NCBI GenBank assembly: GCA_900543695.1
Contig: UQSG01000004.1
Location: 14,331 to 78,330, forward strand
From: an uncultured Clostridium sp.
Lineage (GTDB): Bacteria > Bacillota > Clostridia > UBA1212 > UBA1255
Direction of reading: 5' to 3'
DNA: 64,000 nucleotides
In this document: positions 21,056 through 30,940 of the stretch, piece by piece
Layout of the letters: every line of letters begins with the position of its first letter
How positions within the stretch are numbered: position 1 is the first letter of the stretch
The notes under the pieces: model-generated
Seen by the model: only the letters and a program-made list of their open reading frames with translations
Databases searched by the model: none
Told to the model about the DNA's origin: nothing
Program-made: the position numbers and the translations under genes

Positions 21056-21889
21056 TTACTTACTGTTTCTTCTTCTGACGATATACTTGTCAGAAGGCTT
21101 GTTTTTCTTTCTCGTTTTATAGCCAAGCGTCGGCTTTCCCCAAGGAGTAACGGGGCTCGGCATACCGACCGGGGATTTGCCCTCGCCGCCGCCGTGCGGG
21201 TGGTCGCAGGGGTTCATCACGACGCCGCGAACAGTAGGACGGATTCCCATCCATCTCTTACGTCCTGCTTTTCCCAGTGAAATATTCTCATGGTCAAGAT
21301 TTCCGACCTGGCCGATCGTCGCTTTGCAGAGAATCGGAATCATACGGACCTCGCCAGAACCGAGACGGATCTGCGCGAAACCATTTTCCTTCGCCATAAG
21401 CTGTGCGGAAGCTCCCGCCGACCGAACCAGCTGAGCGCCTTTCCCCGGCTTCATTTCAATATTATGAATCACCGTACCAACCGGAATGTCCGAAAGCGCA
21501 AGCGCGTTGCCGGGTAAAATGTCGGCTTCGGGCCCCGATAAGACGCTGTCGCCTACCTTGAGGCCCTCGGGATGCAAAATAAATCTCTTCTCCCCGTCCG
21601 CGTAAACCAGAAGCGCGATATTCGCGGATCTGTTCGGATCGTATTCAACGGATGCGACCTTTGCCGGAATTCCGTCCTTATCTCTCTTAAAATCGATTAT
21701 TCTATACTGTCTCTTCGCCCCGCCTCCGCGATGCCGTACAGTAATCCTTCCGTAAGAGTTTCTTCCGGAATGCTTCTTCGCAGGAGCCATTAAGGTTTTA
21801 ATTTCACTTTTGCCCGTAATTTCCTCGAAGGTGGATACTGTCATCGATCTTCTTGAAGGGGTTGTCGGATTATACTTTTTGATAGCCAT
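21056..21889 (-). CDS. rplB: 50S ribosomal protein L2
   Basis: [14 protein letters not shown]......[15 protein letters not shown]...[22 protein letters not shown]. Confidence 0.98.
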   Translation of the reverse strand: MAIKKYNPTTPSRRSMTVSTFEEITGKSEIKTLMAPAKKHSGRNSYGRITVRHRGGGAKRQYRIIDFKRDKDGIPAKVASVEYDPNRSANIALLVYADGEKRFILHPEGLKVGDSVLSGPEADILPGNALALSDIPVGTVIHNIEMKPGKGAQLVRSAGASAQLMAKENGFAQIRLGSGEVRMIPILCKATIGQVGNLDHENISLGKAGRKRWMGIRPTVRGVVMNPCDHPHGGGEGKSPVGMPSPVTPWGKPTLGYKTRKKNKPSDKYIVRRRNSK

Positions 21890-21906
21890 TTTCCTGTCCT
21901 CCTGCC

Positions 21907-22260
21907 TTACTGAACGAATCCGAAATCTTCGATTGCATTCTTATACTTTTTCGTTTTCTTTTCGCCGTTGACCGTATACTCGACCGGCTTTGGATCCGTG
22001 TCGATCGTAACGATCGCCTTTTTCCATTTCGCCGTATATCCGACGGCCATGCCCGACGCCTGTCTGCGGCTTCTTTTCTTGCCGTCATAGCGCATCGTGT
22101 TGACGGCGAGCACCTTGACCTCGAAAATCTTCTCGATCGCCTTTTTGATGTCGATTTTTGTAGCGTTGAGATCAACGACAAAAGTGTATTTCCCGTTTGC
22201 CGCGGCATCTGTGCTTTTCTCTGTTATATGAGGACGGATGATAATATCAAACTCGTTCAT
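21907..22260 (-). CDS. rplW: 50S ribosomal protein L23
   Basis: ...[14 protein letters not shown]......[27 protein letters not shown]. Position between rplD and rplB. Confidence 0.93.
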   Translation of the reverse strand: MNEFDIIIRPHITEKSTDAAANGKYTFVVDLNATKIDIKKAIEKIFEVKVLAVNTMRYDGKKRSRRQASGMAVGYTAKWKKAIVTIDTDPKPVEYTVNGEKKTKKYKNAIEDFGFVQ

Positions 22261-22880
22261 GCGTACACCTCCGAAATTTTACTCAGCGCGTCTTTGGTTA
22301 CGATGAACTTACCGTGACGCAGGATGTCATATACATTGATCGTGTTCACATAAGCCGTTTCGATCCCTTTGATATTGCTCGCGGATTTCACGACGTTTAA
22401 ATCTTTTTCCGGAATTACGACAAGCGCCGTATTGTCCACGCCGAGATTCCGAAGCACGTTGACCATGTTTTTGGTTTTGATCTCGCCGAAGCTCAGAGAA
22501 TCCAGCACGATGATATCTCCGTCGTTCGCCTTGCTCGTAAGGGACGATTTCAGAGCCAGCCGTTTCATCTTTTTGGGGATAGAGTAGCTGTAGTCTCTCG
22601 GTTTCGGCCCGAACACGATACCGCCGTGGATCCACTGCGCGGATCTTGTGCTGCCCTGTCTTGCGCGGCCCGTTCCCTTCTGCCGGTACGGCTTCTTGCC
22701 GCCGCCGCTGACTTCGCTTTTCAGCAGAGTAGAGTGCGTTCCCTGGCGCTTGTTTGCAAGATTGTTAACGACCGCTGCGTGCATGCAGTGCGTATTGATT
22801 TCAACCCCGAATATATTGCTGTCGAGCTCGATCTCCCCGACGACATTTCCTTGCATATCATATACATTAACTTTTGGCAT
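22257..22880 (-). CDS. rplD: 50S ribosomal protein L4
   Basis: MPKVNVYDMQGNVVGEIELD...GGGKKPYRQKGTGRARQGSTRSAQW.HGG..FGPKPRDY. Start at ATG 22878-22880, 8 nt after GGAGG. Confidence 0.95.
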   Translation of the reverse strand: MPKVNVYDMQGNVVGEIELDSNIFGVEINTHCMHAAVVNNLANKRQGTHSTLLKSEVSGGGKKPYRQKGTGRARQGSTRSAQWIHGGIVFGPKPRDYSYSIPKKMKRLALKSSLTSKANDGDIIVLDSLSFGEIKTKNMVNVLRNLGVDNTALVVIPEKDLNVVKSASNIKGIETAYVNTINVYDILRHGKFIVTKDALSKISEVYA

Positions 22881-22900
22881 AATTACTTCCTCCTCCCGCG

Positions 22901-23533
22901 TCACGCCTTCACAGACTCTCTGATTTCAAGCAGTCCGCCCTTTGGTCCCGGAATCGCGCCTTTAATAAGAAGAAGATTCCTTTCTCCGTCGACCTTGACT
23001 ACCGTGAGATTCTGCACCGTAACTCTTTCGGAACCCATGTGGCCCGGCATTTTCTTTCCCTTGAAAACCTTTCCGGGATCCGTGTTGGCGCCCATGGAGC
23101 CGACTCCTCTGTGATATTTTGAGCCGTGCGTCATCGGTCCGATCTTCTGCCCGTGCCGCTTGATGGCGCCCTGATAGCCTTTTCCCTTCGACGTGCCGCT
23201 GACATCGACGCTGTCGCCGTCCTTAAACATGTCCGAAACGGTAATTGTCTGACCGATTTCAAAAGAGTCGGTATTTTCCGGTTTGAATTCTCTGAGATAT
23301 TTGAAGCCGCTCATTTCGAGTTTTTCAAAAAGTCCCCGATCCGGCTTGTTCAGCTTTTTCTTATCAACTTCCCGATAAGCAAGCTTTACGGCGCTGTAGC
23401 TGTCGCTTTCCGCGGTTTTCTTCTGAACGACGGTGCAGGGCCCGGCAAGAACGACCGTAACGGGAGTACATTTCCCCTCTTCGTCAAAGATCTGTGTCAT
23501 TCCGACTTTTGTTCCTAAAATAAAATTTTTCAT
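22901..23533 (-). CDS. rplC: 50S ribosomal protein L3
   Basis: [35 protein letters not shown]...[12 protein letters not shown]. Start at ATG 23531-23533. Confidence 0.95.
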   Translation of the reverse strand: MKNFILGTKVGMTQIFDEEGKCTPVTVVLAGPCTVVQKKTAESDSYSAVKLAYREVDKKKLNKPDRGLFEKLEMSGFKYLREFKPENTDSFEIGQTITVSDMFKDGDSVDVSGTSKGKGYQGAIKRHGQKIGPMTHGSKYHRGVGSMGANTDPGKVFKGKKMPGHMGSERVTVQNLTVVKVDGERNLLLIKGAIPGPKGGLLEIRESVKA

Positions 23534-23631
23534 TTCCAGCTTTACCTCCTGAATGGTTATTGGTTCCCGCAAGGGAACTTGACCGGTTCTTTAGTCACAA
23601 ATTCTAAAGAACCCGGGTAATGCGGTCTGCA

Positions 23632-23949
23632 TCACTGCTTGACCTTGATTTCTATATCCACGCCTGCGGGAAGATCCAGGCGCATCAATGCGTCTACCGT
23701 TTTCGGAGAAGGCATAAGGATATCAATGAGCCTTTTATGCGTTCTCATTTCGAACTGTTCTCTGGCATCCTTATATTTATGGGGCGCGCGGAGAATGGTT
23801 ACGATTTCCTTGTCGGTCGGAAGCGGAATCGGTCCGGATACGACGGCATCCGTACGCTTCGCCGTGTCGACGATTTTCTGTGCGGCCTGATCCAGCAGCT
23901 GGAAATCATAGGCCTTCAGCTTGATTCTGATCTTTTGTTTGTTTGCCAT
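23632..23949 (-). CDS. rpsJ: 30S ribosomal protein S10
   Basis: [45 protein letters not shown]... Start at ATG 23947-23949; the ORF-track N-terminal 34 aa are an artefact. Confidence 0.95.
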   Translation of the reverse strand: MANKQKIRIKLKAYDFQLLDQAAQKIVDTAKRTDAVVSGPIPLPTDKEIVTILRAPHKYKDAREQFEMRTHKRLIDILMPSPKTVDALMRLDLPAGVDIEIKVKQ

Positions 23950-24040
23950 ACATAAACCTCTTTCTTTATTAGATGTTTTGTTACGTATAACAGCTTGCAC
24001 TTTTCTGTCACCATGCCGTGTGTTTCCAGCGATTCTCAAT

Positions 24041-24087
24041 AAAAAAACCAAATTGAAATATCCTTCTTCAGAAGGATTTCAACCTGG
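24041..24087 (-). terminator. intrinsic terminator ~90 nt upstream of the rpsJ start codon
   Basis: Minus strand: CCAGGUUGAAAUCCUUCU-GAAG-AGAAGGAUAUUUCAAUUUGG (about 18 bp with a 2-nt bulge) followed by UUUUUUU. Confidence 0.75.
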
Positions 24088-24246
24088 GCATCAATCATCG
24101 TTAAAAATACGGTATCATACAGCTTTTGTGCATGACTTGTCGCCCGGTTTCACGAATCGGACATTCTCCACATGAGTTCCCTGCCCATGCACGCGATCAC
24201 TTCGTGCGGCAGCAATCTCCTGCTTCTCAGTCTGTCAAGTCGCAAC
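24041..24246 (-). promoter_or_regulatory. ~200-nt structured 5' leader of the S10 operon ending in a strong intrinsic terminator (candidate attenuator)
   Basis: It lies between a near-consensus promoter (24253-24282) and rpsJ. A hairpin CUGCC-GCACG...CGUGC-AUG-GGCAG sits at 24181-24212. GUGCAUG (24186-24192) can alternatively pair with CAUGCAC (24128-24134). The terminator is at 24041-24087. Confidence 0.55.
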
Positions 24247-24252
24247 AGGCGA

Positions 24253-24282
24253 ATTATACCTCTTTTGTCATATGGTTGGCAA
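24253..24282 (-). promoter_or_regulatory. sigma-A-type promoter for the S10 leader/operon
   Basis: Minus strand: TTGCCA (24277-24282), 18-nt spacer, TATAAT (24253-24258). Confidence 0.6.
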
Positions 24283-24340
24283 GCCCTTTTCCCGGCTTTG
24301 GGCGAAGATAATTATAAATTTTTTGTAAACACGCAAAAAG

Positions 24341-24375
24341 ATAAAAAAAGAAGGAAGCAATGTAACGTTCTTCTG
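24341..24375 (-). terminator. probable terminator of the YitT-family gene
   Basis: Minus strand: AGAAGAA-(11 nt)-TTCCTTCT (one bulge) followed by TTTTTTAT. Confidence 0.45.
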
Positions 24376-24522
24376 TGAATTATTAGGGGAGAGATTCACA
24401 ATCGGTTAAAATGAAGAGAACGGTTACTATTGCCCCCGACATCAGCCATATTACAGCAAGATTATGAATTAAAATGTATTAATAAAATAACTAATTGTTA
24501 ACGAAACATCGAATCGCGACGA

Positions 24523-25392
24523 TCATCCGTGCAGCCCTTTCGTTTCACGAACCTCGTTTACTATAATAAAAGCATTGGGATCATGCCGATCTACGATCCT
24601 TCTGAGCTGCGGAACCTGCCGGTTATATACGACGCACCACAGAATGTCTACGGGCTTTCCCGTATACATGCCCTCGCCGTTCAGTTTTGTAACGCCGCGC
24701 TCGAGCTGCCGCAGGATTTCCGAGGCCAGAAGCTCCGGCTTCTCTGTAAAAATATAAATTTCCTTTGCGTAATTTACCCCTGCCTCTACGATGTCAATGA
24801 CTTTGGAAGAAACAAACACCGCGATTCCCGTATACATCGCAGCAAGGATCGAACGGTAGGTCAATGCTACGACAAGCAAAAAAACCACGTCCAATGAAAG
24901 TACCAGCTGCCCCAGCGTCAGCCAGCTCATCCTTTTCTGCAAAAGGCGCGCCCCGATGTCCGTTCCGCCCGTCGTAGCGCCGCCGCGGAAAATTAATCCG
25001 AAGCCCATTCCCATCAGAAGGCCTCCCCAGATTGCGTACAGCATGGTATGCCCAGCCTCTCCGTAATTTTCCGTTGAAAAGAAACGCTGCATCGGTTCAA
25101 CCAGATATACGGTAACATCAAGCATAACGGAATACAGAATCGTTCCGACTGCGCTTTTTATAATAAATTCTTTCCCCAGCTCCTTATATCCTGCAATGAA
25201 CAGAGGAATATTCAGTATCAGCGTCAGTACGCCGACCGGAATCCTGCCTCCTGCAATTTTATTGATCAACACCGCAACACCGGAAATACCGCCCGGCGCA
25301 ATCCCGCTTGGTTCCAGAAACAAATTCAGGCCGAGACTCGTGACGAACGCTCCCGCCACGATCAGAGCGGCCTTTATGATCTTATTTTTCAA
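24523..25392 (-). CDS. YitT-family membrane protein (DUF2179 C-terminal domain)
   Basis: 289 aa. Polytopic N-terminal part with GGISG / GGTDI motifs and a soluble C-terminal domain ...FIIVNEVRETKG. Confidence 0.8.
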   Translation of the reverse strand: MKNKIIKAALIVAGAFVTSLGLNLFLEPSGIAPGGISGVAVLINKIAGGRIPVGVLTLILNIPLFIAGYKELGKEFIIKSAVGTILYSVMLDVTVYLVEPMQRFFSTENYGEAGHTMLYAIWGGLLMGMGFGLIFRGGATTGGTDIGARLLQKRMSWLTLGQLVLSLDVVFLLVVALTYRSILAAMYTGIAVFVSSKVIDIVEAGVNYAKEIYIFTEKPELLASEILRQLERGVTKLNGEGMYTGKPVDILWCVVYNRQVPQLRRIVDRHDPNAFIIVNEVRETKGLHG

Positions 25393-25552
25393 AAAAACAC
25401 CGCCTCTCTTTTATTGTATCCAAGTGTTTACAATTATATTATAACGTTTTGCCGCGCGCGGTAAAAGCTTCTTTCTCTTTCGCTTCTTTCGTTGCATTTT
25501 ATAGGAAACTATGCTATCATCCCCTTGATCAATTCGGAAAGCGAGGGAAAAA

Positions 25553-26842
25553 ATGACACACGCAGACGAAACGTCATTTCTGCCGGCCGCCGCGGTTTAT
25601 ATGCATAAGGGCGAAAGCTGCGGCTGCGCAGAGGGCGAGCTTGTCGTAACTCCCGCTTGCTCGGAACGGCTCAGAGGTTACAATTTATATTGGGGAAGCC
25701 GGGCGGGCGAGCGGCTTGCCAATTATACGAAAATTACGGAGCTGAACAGTCCGGGACCGGAAGAAATCCGGTATCGGTTTCCCGCGGCGCTGCTTGTTCC
25801 GGAGGGAGTCGAAGCGCTTTTGCTCTTTCCCGTACTTTACAATGCGGAAAGAACGCAGTTCAGCGAAGCCGCCTGCTGTTACGCTATGGAAATCGGGACA
25901 GAGCCGTTTTCTGTAAAGGAAAAAAAGCTGTTTTCCTTTGCCGTAATCAGCGACCTGCATGTCACGGCAGATCCGGAGCACATACACAATCGTCATCTGA
26001 AAAACTGCTTTTCCCGTCTGCTTCATCTCGTTCCGGATGCGATCGGAATTATGTGTACGGGAGACGTCACAAATCACGGCTATCCAGAAGAATGGGAACA
26101 GTTTTCCGTTCTTTGGACGGAAGCGCGGGAGCGGGGCCTTCCGCCCATGCATTTCGCTGTCGGAAACCACGACATGCATTTTTACAAATACCACGGAGAG
26201 CTTGGCTATCGGACAAGCTTCGAGGCGCAGAAGGCGGCTTTTTTAAGATATACGCATACGGATTCCGAAACGTTCTACCATGTTTCGGTAATCGGAGGAA
26301 ACTATTTTATTTTCCTGGGCCCGGACCGTTCCGTGAATTCGGAGGAAAATGACTGCTACGTTCCGATTTCGGCGCGGCAGCGCGCCTGGCTGACCGCCGA
26401 GCTGGAAAAGGCGGCCCGGCAAAAGGCACTTGCGTTTTTATTTCTGCATCAGCCGCTTCGCGATACGGTTTCCGGCTCTCTGTGTTCCGTGGATCCCCTG
26501 GTCCAGAGCTGGCACGGTGTTATCGAGGATGCCGAGCTGCGCGCAGTAACGGACCGTTTCCCGGGACTTGTTCTGTTTACCGGACATACGCATTGGAAAT
26601 TCGATTCCCTGCAGCCGTTCCTCCCCGGAAACGGGAAGGCCGCAAGCTATATCAACGCGGCGTCCGTTGCATATCTATGGACGGATCAGAACGGAACCGT
26701 GGAAAGCGGAGGAAGCGTTCCGGAGCCGGGCAGCGAGGGGTTAATCGTGGAGGTTTACCGGCATTTTATCCTGCTGCGCGGCTATGATTTCGCCGCAGGC
26801 CGCTGGTCCGCCTCGGCGCAGTTCCGGCTGGATATCCCGTGA
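25553..26842 (+). CDS. metallophosphoesterase (calcineurin-like) with ~130-aa N-terminal domain of unknown function
   Basis: VISDLHV, TGDVTNHG, VGNHDMH, LFLHQP and FTGHTHW motifs in canonical order. Confidence 0.8.
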   Translation: MTHADETSFLPAAAVYMHKGESCGCAEGELVVTPACSERLRGYNLYWGSRAGERLANYTKITELNSPGPEEIRYRFPAALLVPEGVEALLLFPVLYNAERTQFSEAACCYAMEIGTEPFSVKEKKLFSFAVISDLHVTADPEHIHNRHLKNCFSRLLHLVPDAIGIMCTGDVTNHGYPEEWEQFSVLWTEARERGLPPMHFAVGNHDMHFYKYHGELGYRTSFEAQKAAFLRYTHTDSETFYHVSVIGGNYFIFLGPDRSVNSEENDCYVPISARQRAWLTAELEKAARQKALAFLFLHQPLRDTVSGSLCSVDPLVQSWHGVIEDAELRAVTDRFPGLVLFTGHTHWKFDSLQPFLPGNGKAASYINAASVAYLWTDQNGTVESGGSVPEPGSEGLIVEVYRHFILLRGYDFAAGRWSASAQFRLDIP

Positions 26843-26911
26843 CGCGGGGAAAAAGAAACAGACAGACGAATGATTTATACATAGATTACAGAAAAAGGAA
26901 GGTAACTGGAT

Positions 26912-28921
26912 ATGGCAAGAGTCAGCACGTTAAACGCGGAAAAAGAAAGAGCGGGCGCCTGGTACGGCGAGCTATTCCAATCGTATGAAAATCTTCCGTT
27001 TTCGTTCCGGATCGGCGAGACGGCATACCATGGATTTAACGACGATTTTCCGTTTGTTTCCAAAGAAACCTCATCGGAACGGATCAGCAAAAAGCACGCT
27101 GAATACGAAATCCGGAAAATGGTCCTGACCGCGCGGCACAAAAGCGGCGTGGAGGTGAAAGCAGAGTGCGCGTATTATCCGGAGTACGCGGTATTCGAAT
27201 GGGTTCTTCATTTTAGAAATACGGGCGAAGAAAATTCTCCGGCGATCCGCTGCGTCAATGCCGCCGACCTGGATTTCAGCGGCAGCGAACCGGTGCTCGA
27301 GTATTTTCTGGGAGATGATTCGGCAGACCAGAAGGCAATGAAGCCGGAACGCGTCGATCTCAATACGGGACTTTCCATGGAATTTGAGCCGTTCGGCGGA
27401 AGACCGACAAATTATCAGCTGCCGTTTTACAGGCTGTATTATGGAGACATCGGAGCCGTAATTTCCGTGGGCTGGGCCGGTCAGTGGAAAGCGCATTTCG
27501 ATGCGAGGCATCGGATCGGCAGCGTGCATTTTGCGGCAGGCCAGGCAACGCTGGAGGGGTATCTCAAGCCCGGAGAGGAGATCCGCACTCCTCTTATGAC
27601 GTTCCTTGCCTTTAATAAATGCCCCGGTTATCAGGTAACAGAGATGCGCGCCCTGAATCTCTGGAGAAGATGGCTGATCGATTGTAATTTAAGAGTTGTC
27701 GGCGGAGAGCTGTTTCAGCCGCACTGTGCCGCCAGTACGTCCTGGATTTACGGGGAAATGAAAGACGCAACCGATCAGAATCAGATTGAAGCCTTCGATA
27801 CGTATCTTCGCAACGGCCTGAAGCTGGATTATTGGTGGATGGATGCCGGCTGGTATTTCAAAAACCCCAAGGGAGAAGTTCCGATTTCCTGCTGGGTAGA
27901 AACGGGCTCGTGGTATATGGACACAAACAAATTCCCCAGCGAGATGGCTGATATTTCAAAGCACTGTGCGGAGCACGGCGCAAAAACACTGCTGTGGTTC
28001 GAGCCGGAGCGGATCACCGGAGATACTTATCTGGCAGAGCATCCGGAATGGCTGGTCAACGGTGCGCTTGCAAACATGTCCGTTCCAGAGCTGAGAGCCT
28101 ATCTGGTAGAACGCGTTTCTGCGGTCATGGAGAAAGGCGGAATCCACCTATACCGTCAGGATTATAATATAGATCCACTCGGACACTGGGCGATCCATGA
28201 AAATAATTCCGGCGAAGGCCGTCACGGTTTTCTCGAAAATCACTGCGTGACCGGCTATCTTGCCTATTGGGACGCGCTGATTGAAAAATATCCCGACATG
28301 ATGCTGGATTCCTGCGCCTCTGGGGGCAGACGGAACGATCTGGAAACCATGCGCAGATCTGTTTCGCTCCATAAAACGGATGCCGACTATTCTCGCTTCC
28401 AGCAGAAGCAGGCCATGCACTACTCGTTTTATCAGTGGCTGCCTTACTTCGGAACCCCGGTCACGGGCCCCGGATACGGCGCCGAGCTGGATCTGTACGC
28501 GCTCCGGAGCGCGCACATTCCGTGGTTTACTTACGGCTACGACGTACGGAATCCGGAAAACAATTATGAAAACGCACACAGATTCGAGAAGGAATGGCGA
28601 GAAACCAACATGTATTTCTACGGAGATTATTTCCCGCTTACTCCCTGGTCCAACGATCTGGAATCCTGGATCGGGTGGGAATTTAAGGATTACGAGAAGG
28701 AAGAGGGCATCATCCAGATGTTCCGGCGGGACAACAGCCCTGTAGCAGAAATGCGGGTACGTCTGTTCGATATTGACCCGGACGGCACATATGAATTTTT
28801 CAGCTACGACGGAGAGCCTGTCAAGACCGTCGGCGGCGCCGAGCTGATCGAGCAGGGCCTGAACGTACGAATCAGTGAGCCTCGTGCCAGCGCGCTTCTC
28901 AAATTCCGTAAAATATCATAA
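26912..28921 (+). CDS. GH36-family alpha-galactosidase-like glycoside hydrolase
   Basis: 669 aa. LDYWWMDAGWY, LYRQDYN and MLDSCASGGRRNDLE resemble the GH36 catalytic (beta/alpha)8 core. Substrate not inferable. Confidence 0.7.
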   Translation: MARVSTLNAEKERAGAWYGELFQSYENLPFSFRIGETAYHGFNDDFPFVSKETSSERISKKHAEYEIRKMVLTARHKSGVEVKAECAYYPEYAVFEWVLHFRNTGEENSPAIRCVNAADLDFSGSEPVLEYFLGDDSADQKAMKPERVDLNTGLSMEFEPFGGRPTNYQLPFYRLYYGDIGAVISVGWAGQWKAHFDARHRIGSVHFAAGQATLEGYLKPGEEIRTPLMTFLAFNKCPGYQVTEMRALNLWRRWLIDCNLRVVGGELFQPHCAASTSWIYGEMKDATDQNQIEAFDTYLRNGLKLDYWWMDAGWYFKNPKGEVPISCWVETGSWYMDTNKFPSEMADISKHCAEHGAKTLLWFEPERITGDTYLAEHPEWLVNGALANMSVPELRAYLVERVSAVMEKGGIHLYRQDYNIDPLGHWAIHENNSGEGRHGFLENHCVTGYLAYWDALIEKYPDMMLDSCASGGRRNDLETMRRSVSLHKTDADYSRFQQKQAMHYSFYQWLPYFGTPVTGPGYGAELDLYALRSAHIPWFTYGYDVRNPENNYENAHRFEKEWRETNMYFYGDYFPLTPWSNDLESWIGWEFKDYEKEEGIIQMFRRDNSPVAEMRVRLFDIDPDGTYEFFSYDGEPVKTVGGAELIEQGLNVRISEPRASALLKFRKIS

Positions 28922-28939
28922 AAAAACACAGTTACGTCA

Positions 28940-28973
28940 CAATACCGCGTTAAGATAATGCGGTATTGTTTTG
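28940..28973 (+). terminator. intrinsic terminator after the GH36-like gene
   Basis: CAATACCGC-(11 nt)-GCGGTATTG followed by TTTT. Confidence 0.65.
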
Positions 28974-28990
28974 AATCATGAGGTGAAGCT

Positions 28991-30277
28991 ATGGATCAGG
29001 AAACAGAAAAAAAAGCTGCGGAAACGGCTGAGCCGGCAGCAGACGCCGGGAAACCGGAAAATGACGAAAAAAATAAGAAGCCGGACGCCGCAGAAAATTC
29101 AAAAAATGCTCCGAAGAAAAAGAAAAAGAAAAAATATAAGCTGCAGGTAATGGACGTTGTCACGATCGTATTTACGGTCGTGATCGTGGGAATCATGGCC
29201 TATGTATTATATAACCAGTTTGCCGGCGAGAGCGAAAATCCTTCCGCGCCGACCGCCTCGGGTTCGGCTACCGCGGCGCCGACCGCCACGCCTCAGCCCG
29301 TGCTGTCTGACATTGGCAACATTTACGGGAACATTATAAATGACGCAAACGTAGTTGTCATTGACGAACGCGAATATTTCATTTCCGCAGACGATAACGG
29401 GGAAACGCATATTTTTGCAGCGCTCGGCGACGATACGAAGGATCTTATTCAGACCGATGCGTCTTCTCTGAATGTCGTTACCGACTACATTACGTATGCC
29501 GACCAGTCGAATGTAACGGCCTACTATGTGTTTTATATCAACGGAGACGGTAAGATTTGTTATGTTCACGACGGACCGGTCGGCGGAGATGGCCTTGAGG
29601 AAAAAACAAACCTGGAAGAGCAGGTTTTTCTCGACGGCAGCTATCAATCGATCTGCGTCAGCGGGGAATATGTATATTATCTGGATGAAGCCGGGAAAAT
29701 CGGGAAGGCGGAAATCGCTACAGGAGAAGTCACCGAGCTGGGCACCGAGCGGGTATATAAAAGCTTTGTTTTGTATTACGGTGTAATTTATGCTCTGGGA
29801 GCGGAAGACAGCTTTATTTATTCCATGCCGTCCAATCCCGCCGACGATACGGAAAGCAGCACCGCTTCACCGGCTGCAACGGCCGAGGCGGAAGAGGAAA
29901 GCAGGGAAACGCTTCTGATTGACGAAGCCTGCCGGAGCTTTGTCATTGACAGCGACTGGATCTATGTCCTAAACGACAGCGGCATCGTACGGTATCTGAT
30001 GGACGGCAGCGGGAAGGATACGCTCAGCGGGCTGCATGCCGATGCGATCAACGTATATGAAGGCGCAATCTTTTATCTTTCCGAGGGAAGTCTGTATACT
30101 GCCTCCGCAGAAAAGCTGCTGCTTAATGAACCGACGCAAATCAGCGAGGCGTACGGCAGCAGTACCATCAACCTTTCCGAATCGTCTGTTTATCTGAAAA
30201 ACGAAAGCGGAAAGCTGCTGAAATCCTCTTACGACAGCGAAAACAGCAAATATGAGGAATTTACTGCCATGAGCTGA
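28991..30277 (+). CDS. membrane-anchored protein with Lys-rich N-terminus and DUF5050-like repeat ectodomain
   Basis: 428 aa. K-run, then a TM helix (VVTIVFTVVIVGIMAYVLY), then repeated ...Y(Y/F)...D(G/S)..IY... segments suggesting a beta-propeller. Family assignment tentative. Confidence 0.55.
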   Translation: MDQETEKKAAETAEPAADAGKPENDEKNKKPDAAENSKNAPKKKKKKKYKLQVMDVVTIVFTVVIVGIMAYVLYNQFAGESENPSAPTASGSATAAPTATPQPVLSDIGNIYGNIINDANVVVIDEREYFISADDNGETHIFAALGDDTKDLIQTDASSLNVVTDYITYADQSNVTAYYVFYINGDGKICYVHDGPVGGDGLEEKTNLEEQVFLDGSYQSICVSGEYVYYLDEAGKIGKAEIATGEVTELGTERVYKSFVLYYGVIYALGAEDSFIYSMPSNPADDTESSTASPAATAEAEEESRETLLIDEACRSFVIDSDWIYVLNDSGIVRYLMDGSGKDTLSGLHADAINVYEGAIFYLSEGSLYTASAEKLLLNEPTQISEAYGSSTINLSESSVYLKNESGKLLKSSYDSENSKYEEFTAMS

Positions 30278-30287
30278 GACACTGCTT

Positions 30288-30938
30288 TTACAGGGATTCA
30301 AGACCTTTCAGAATCTCAATGGACGCGGAGACGCTGTAATCAGCGTTCTCCGCTTTTAATTTTGCTTTATCTCCATATCCGTAGAGGACGGCGCACGTAT
30401 GCATGCCCGCCGCTTTTCCCGCCTGAATATCCGTATACGAATCCCCGACCATCAGAGACGCCTCCGGTTCCGCGCCCATCGCAGAAAGGCAAAGAAGCAG
30501 GCCTTCGGGATCCGGCTTCATGCGTAAGACGGATTCCGGACCAATTACCTTGGTAAAATACCGCGAAATCCCAAGGCGGTTTACGATTCGCTTTGTGATC
30601 GCCTCCGGTTTATTCGATACGATGCTCATAGAAACGCCCTTTTGCGAAAGCGCCTCTGCCAGCTCCGAAAATCCAGGATAAAGGCGCGTTTCTTCACAGG
30701 GATGCGCTTCATAGTATTGTTTATACCAGTCCAGCGCGCCGGCACGCAGAGACTCGGGAAGCTCCGGCATGGAGCAGTCCAGCAGGTATTTGGCACCGTG
30801 CCCCACATAAGAAAGAATCGTATCATAGTCCAAAACGGGCATCCGGTATTCCTTCTGTGCCGCCTGCACAGAAGCCACAATGTCGCGTCCGGTATCGGCG
30901 ATCACGCCGTCAAAATCAAAAACAATTGCTTTTATCAT
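30288..30938 (-). CDS. HAD-superfamily hydrolase (phosphoglycolate phosphatase-like)
   Basis: MIKAIVFDFDGVIADT (DxDG motif I), ...SNK..., ...VGDSYTDIQAGKAAG (motif IV). Confidence 0.8.
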   Translation of the reverse strand: MIKAIVFDFDGVIADTGRDIVASVQAAQKEYRMPVLDYDTILSYVGHGAKYLLDCSMPELPESLRAGALDWYKQYYEAHPCEETRLYPGFSELAEALSQKGVSMSIVSNKPEAITKRIVNRLGISRYFTKVIGPESVLRMKPDPEGLLLCLSAMGAEPEASLMVGDSYTDIQAGKAAGMHTCAVLYGYGDKAKLKAENADYSVSASIEILKGLESL

Positions 30939-30940
30939 CT

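Noticed and set aside
18916-24051. N-terminally extended versions of r-protein and other genes in the ORF track. Examples: rpmC 109 aa, rpsJ 139 aa, rplC 223 aa, purC 303 aa, thrS 669 aa, nadD 446 aa and the macrodomain gene 301 aa.
   Set aside because: The track extends to the most upstream ATG/GTG/TTG. In each case a downstream ATG preceded by a GGAGG-like RBS gives the canonical conserved N-terminus, so the shorter coordinates were used.
24088-24246. Stand-alone small RNA (6S, SRP or tmRNA-like) between the YitT-family gene and rpsJ
   Set aside because: No SRP domain IV motif is present. The 5' and 3' ends do not form the long closing helix of 6S RNA. Position and orientation directly in front of rpsJ make a cis-acting leader more parsimonious.
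29100-29145. A/G-rich tract (AAGAAAAAGAAAAAGAAAAAA) as a possible simple-sequence contingency locus
   Set aside because: It is in frame and encodes a Lys run (KKKKKKKYK) in the cytoplasmic tail of the DUF5050-like protein. It is interrupted by G every few bases, so it is not a long homopolymer or perfect microsatellite.
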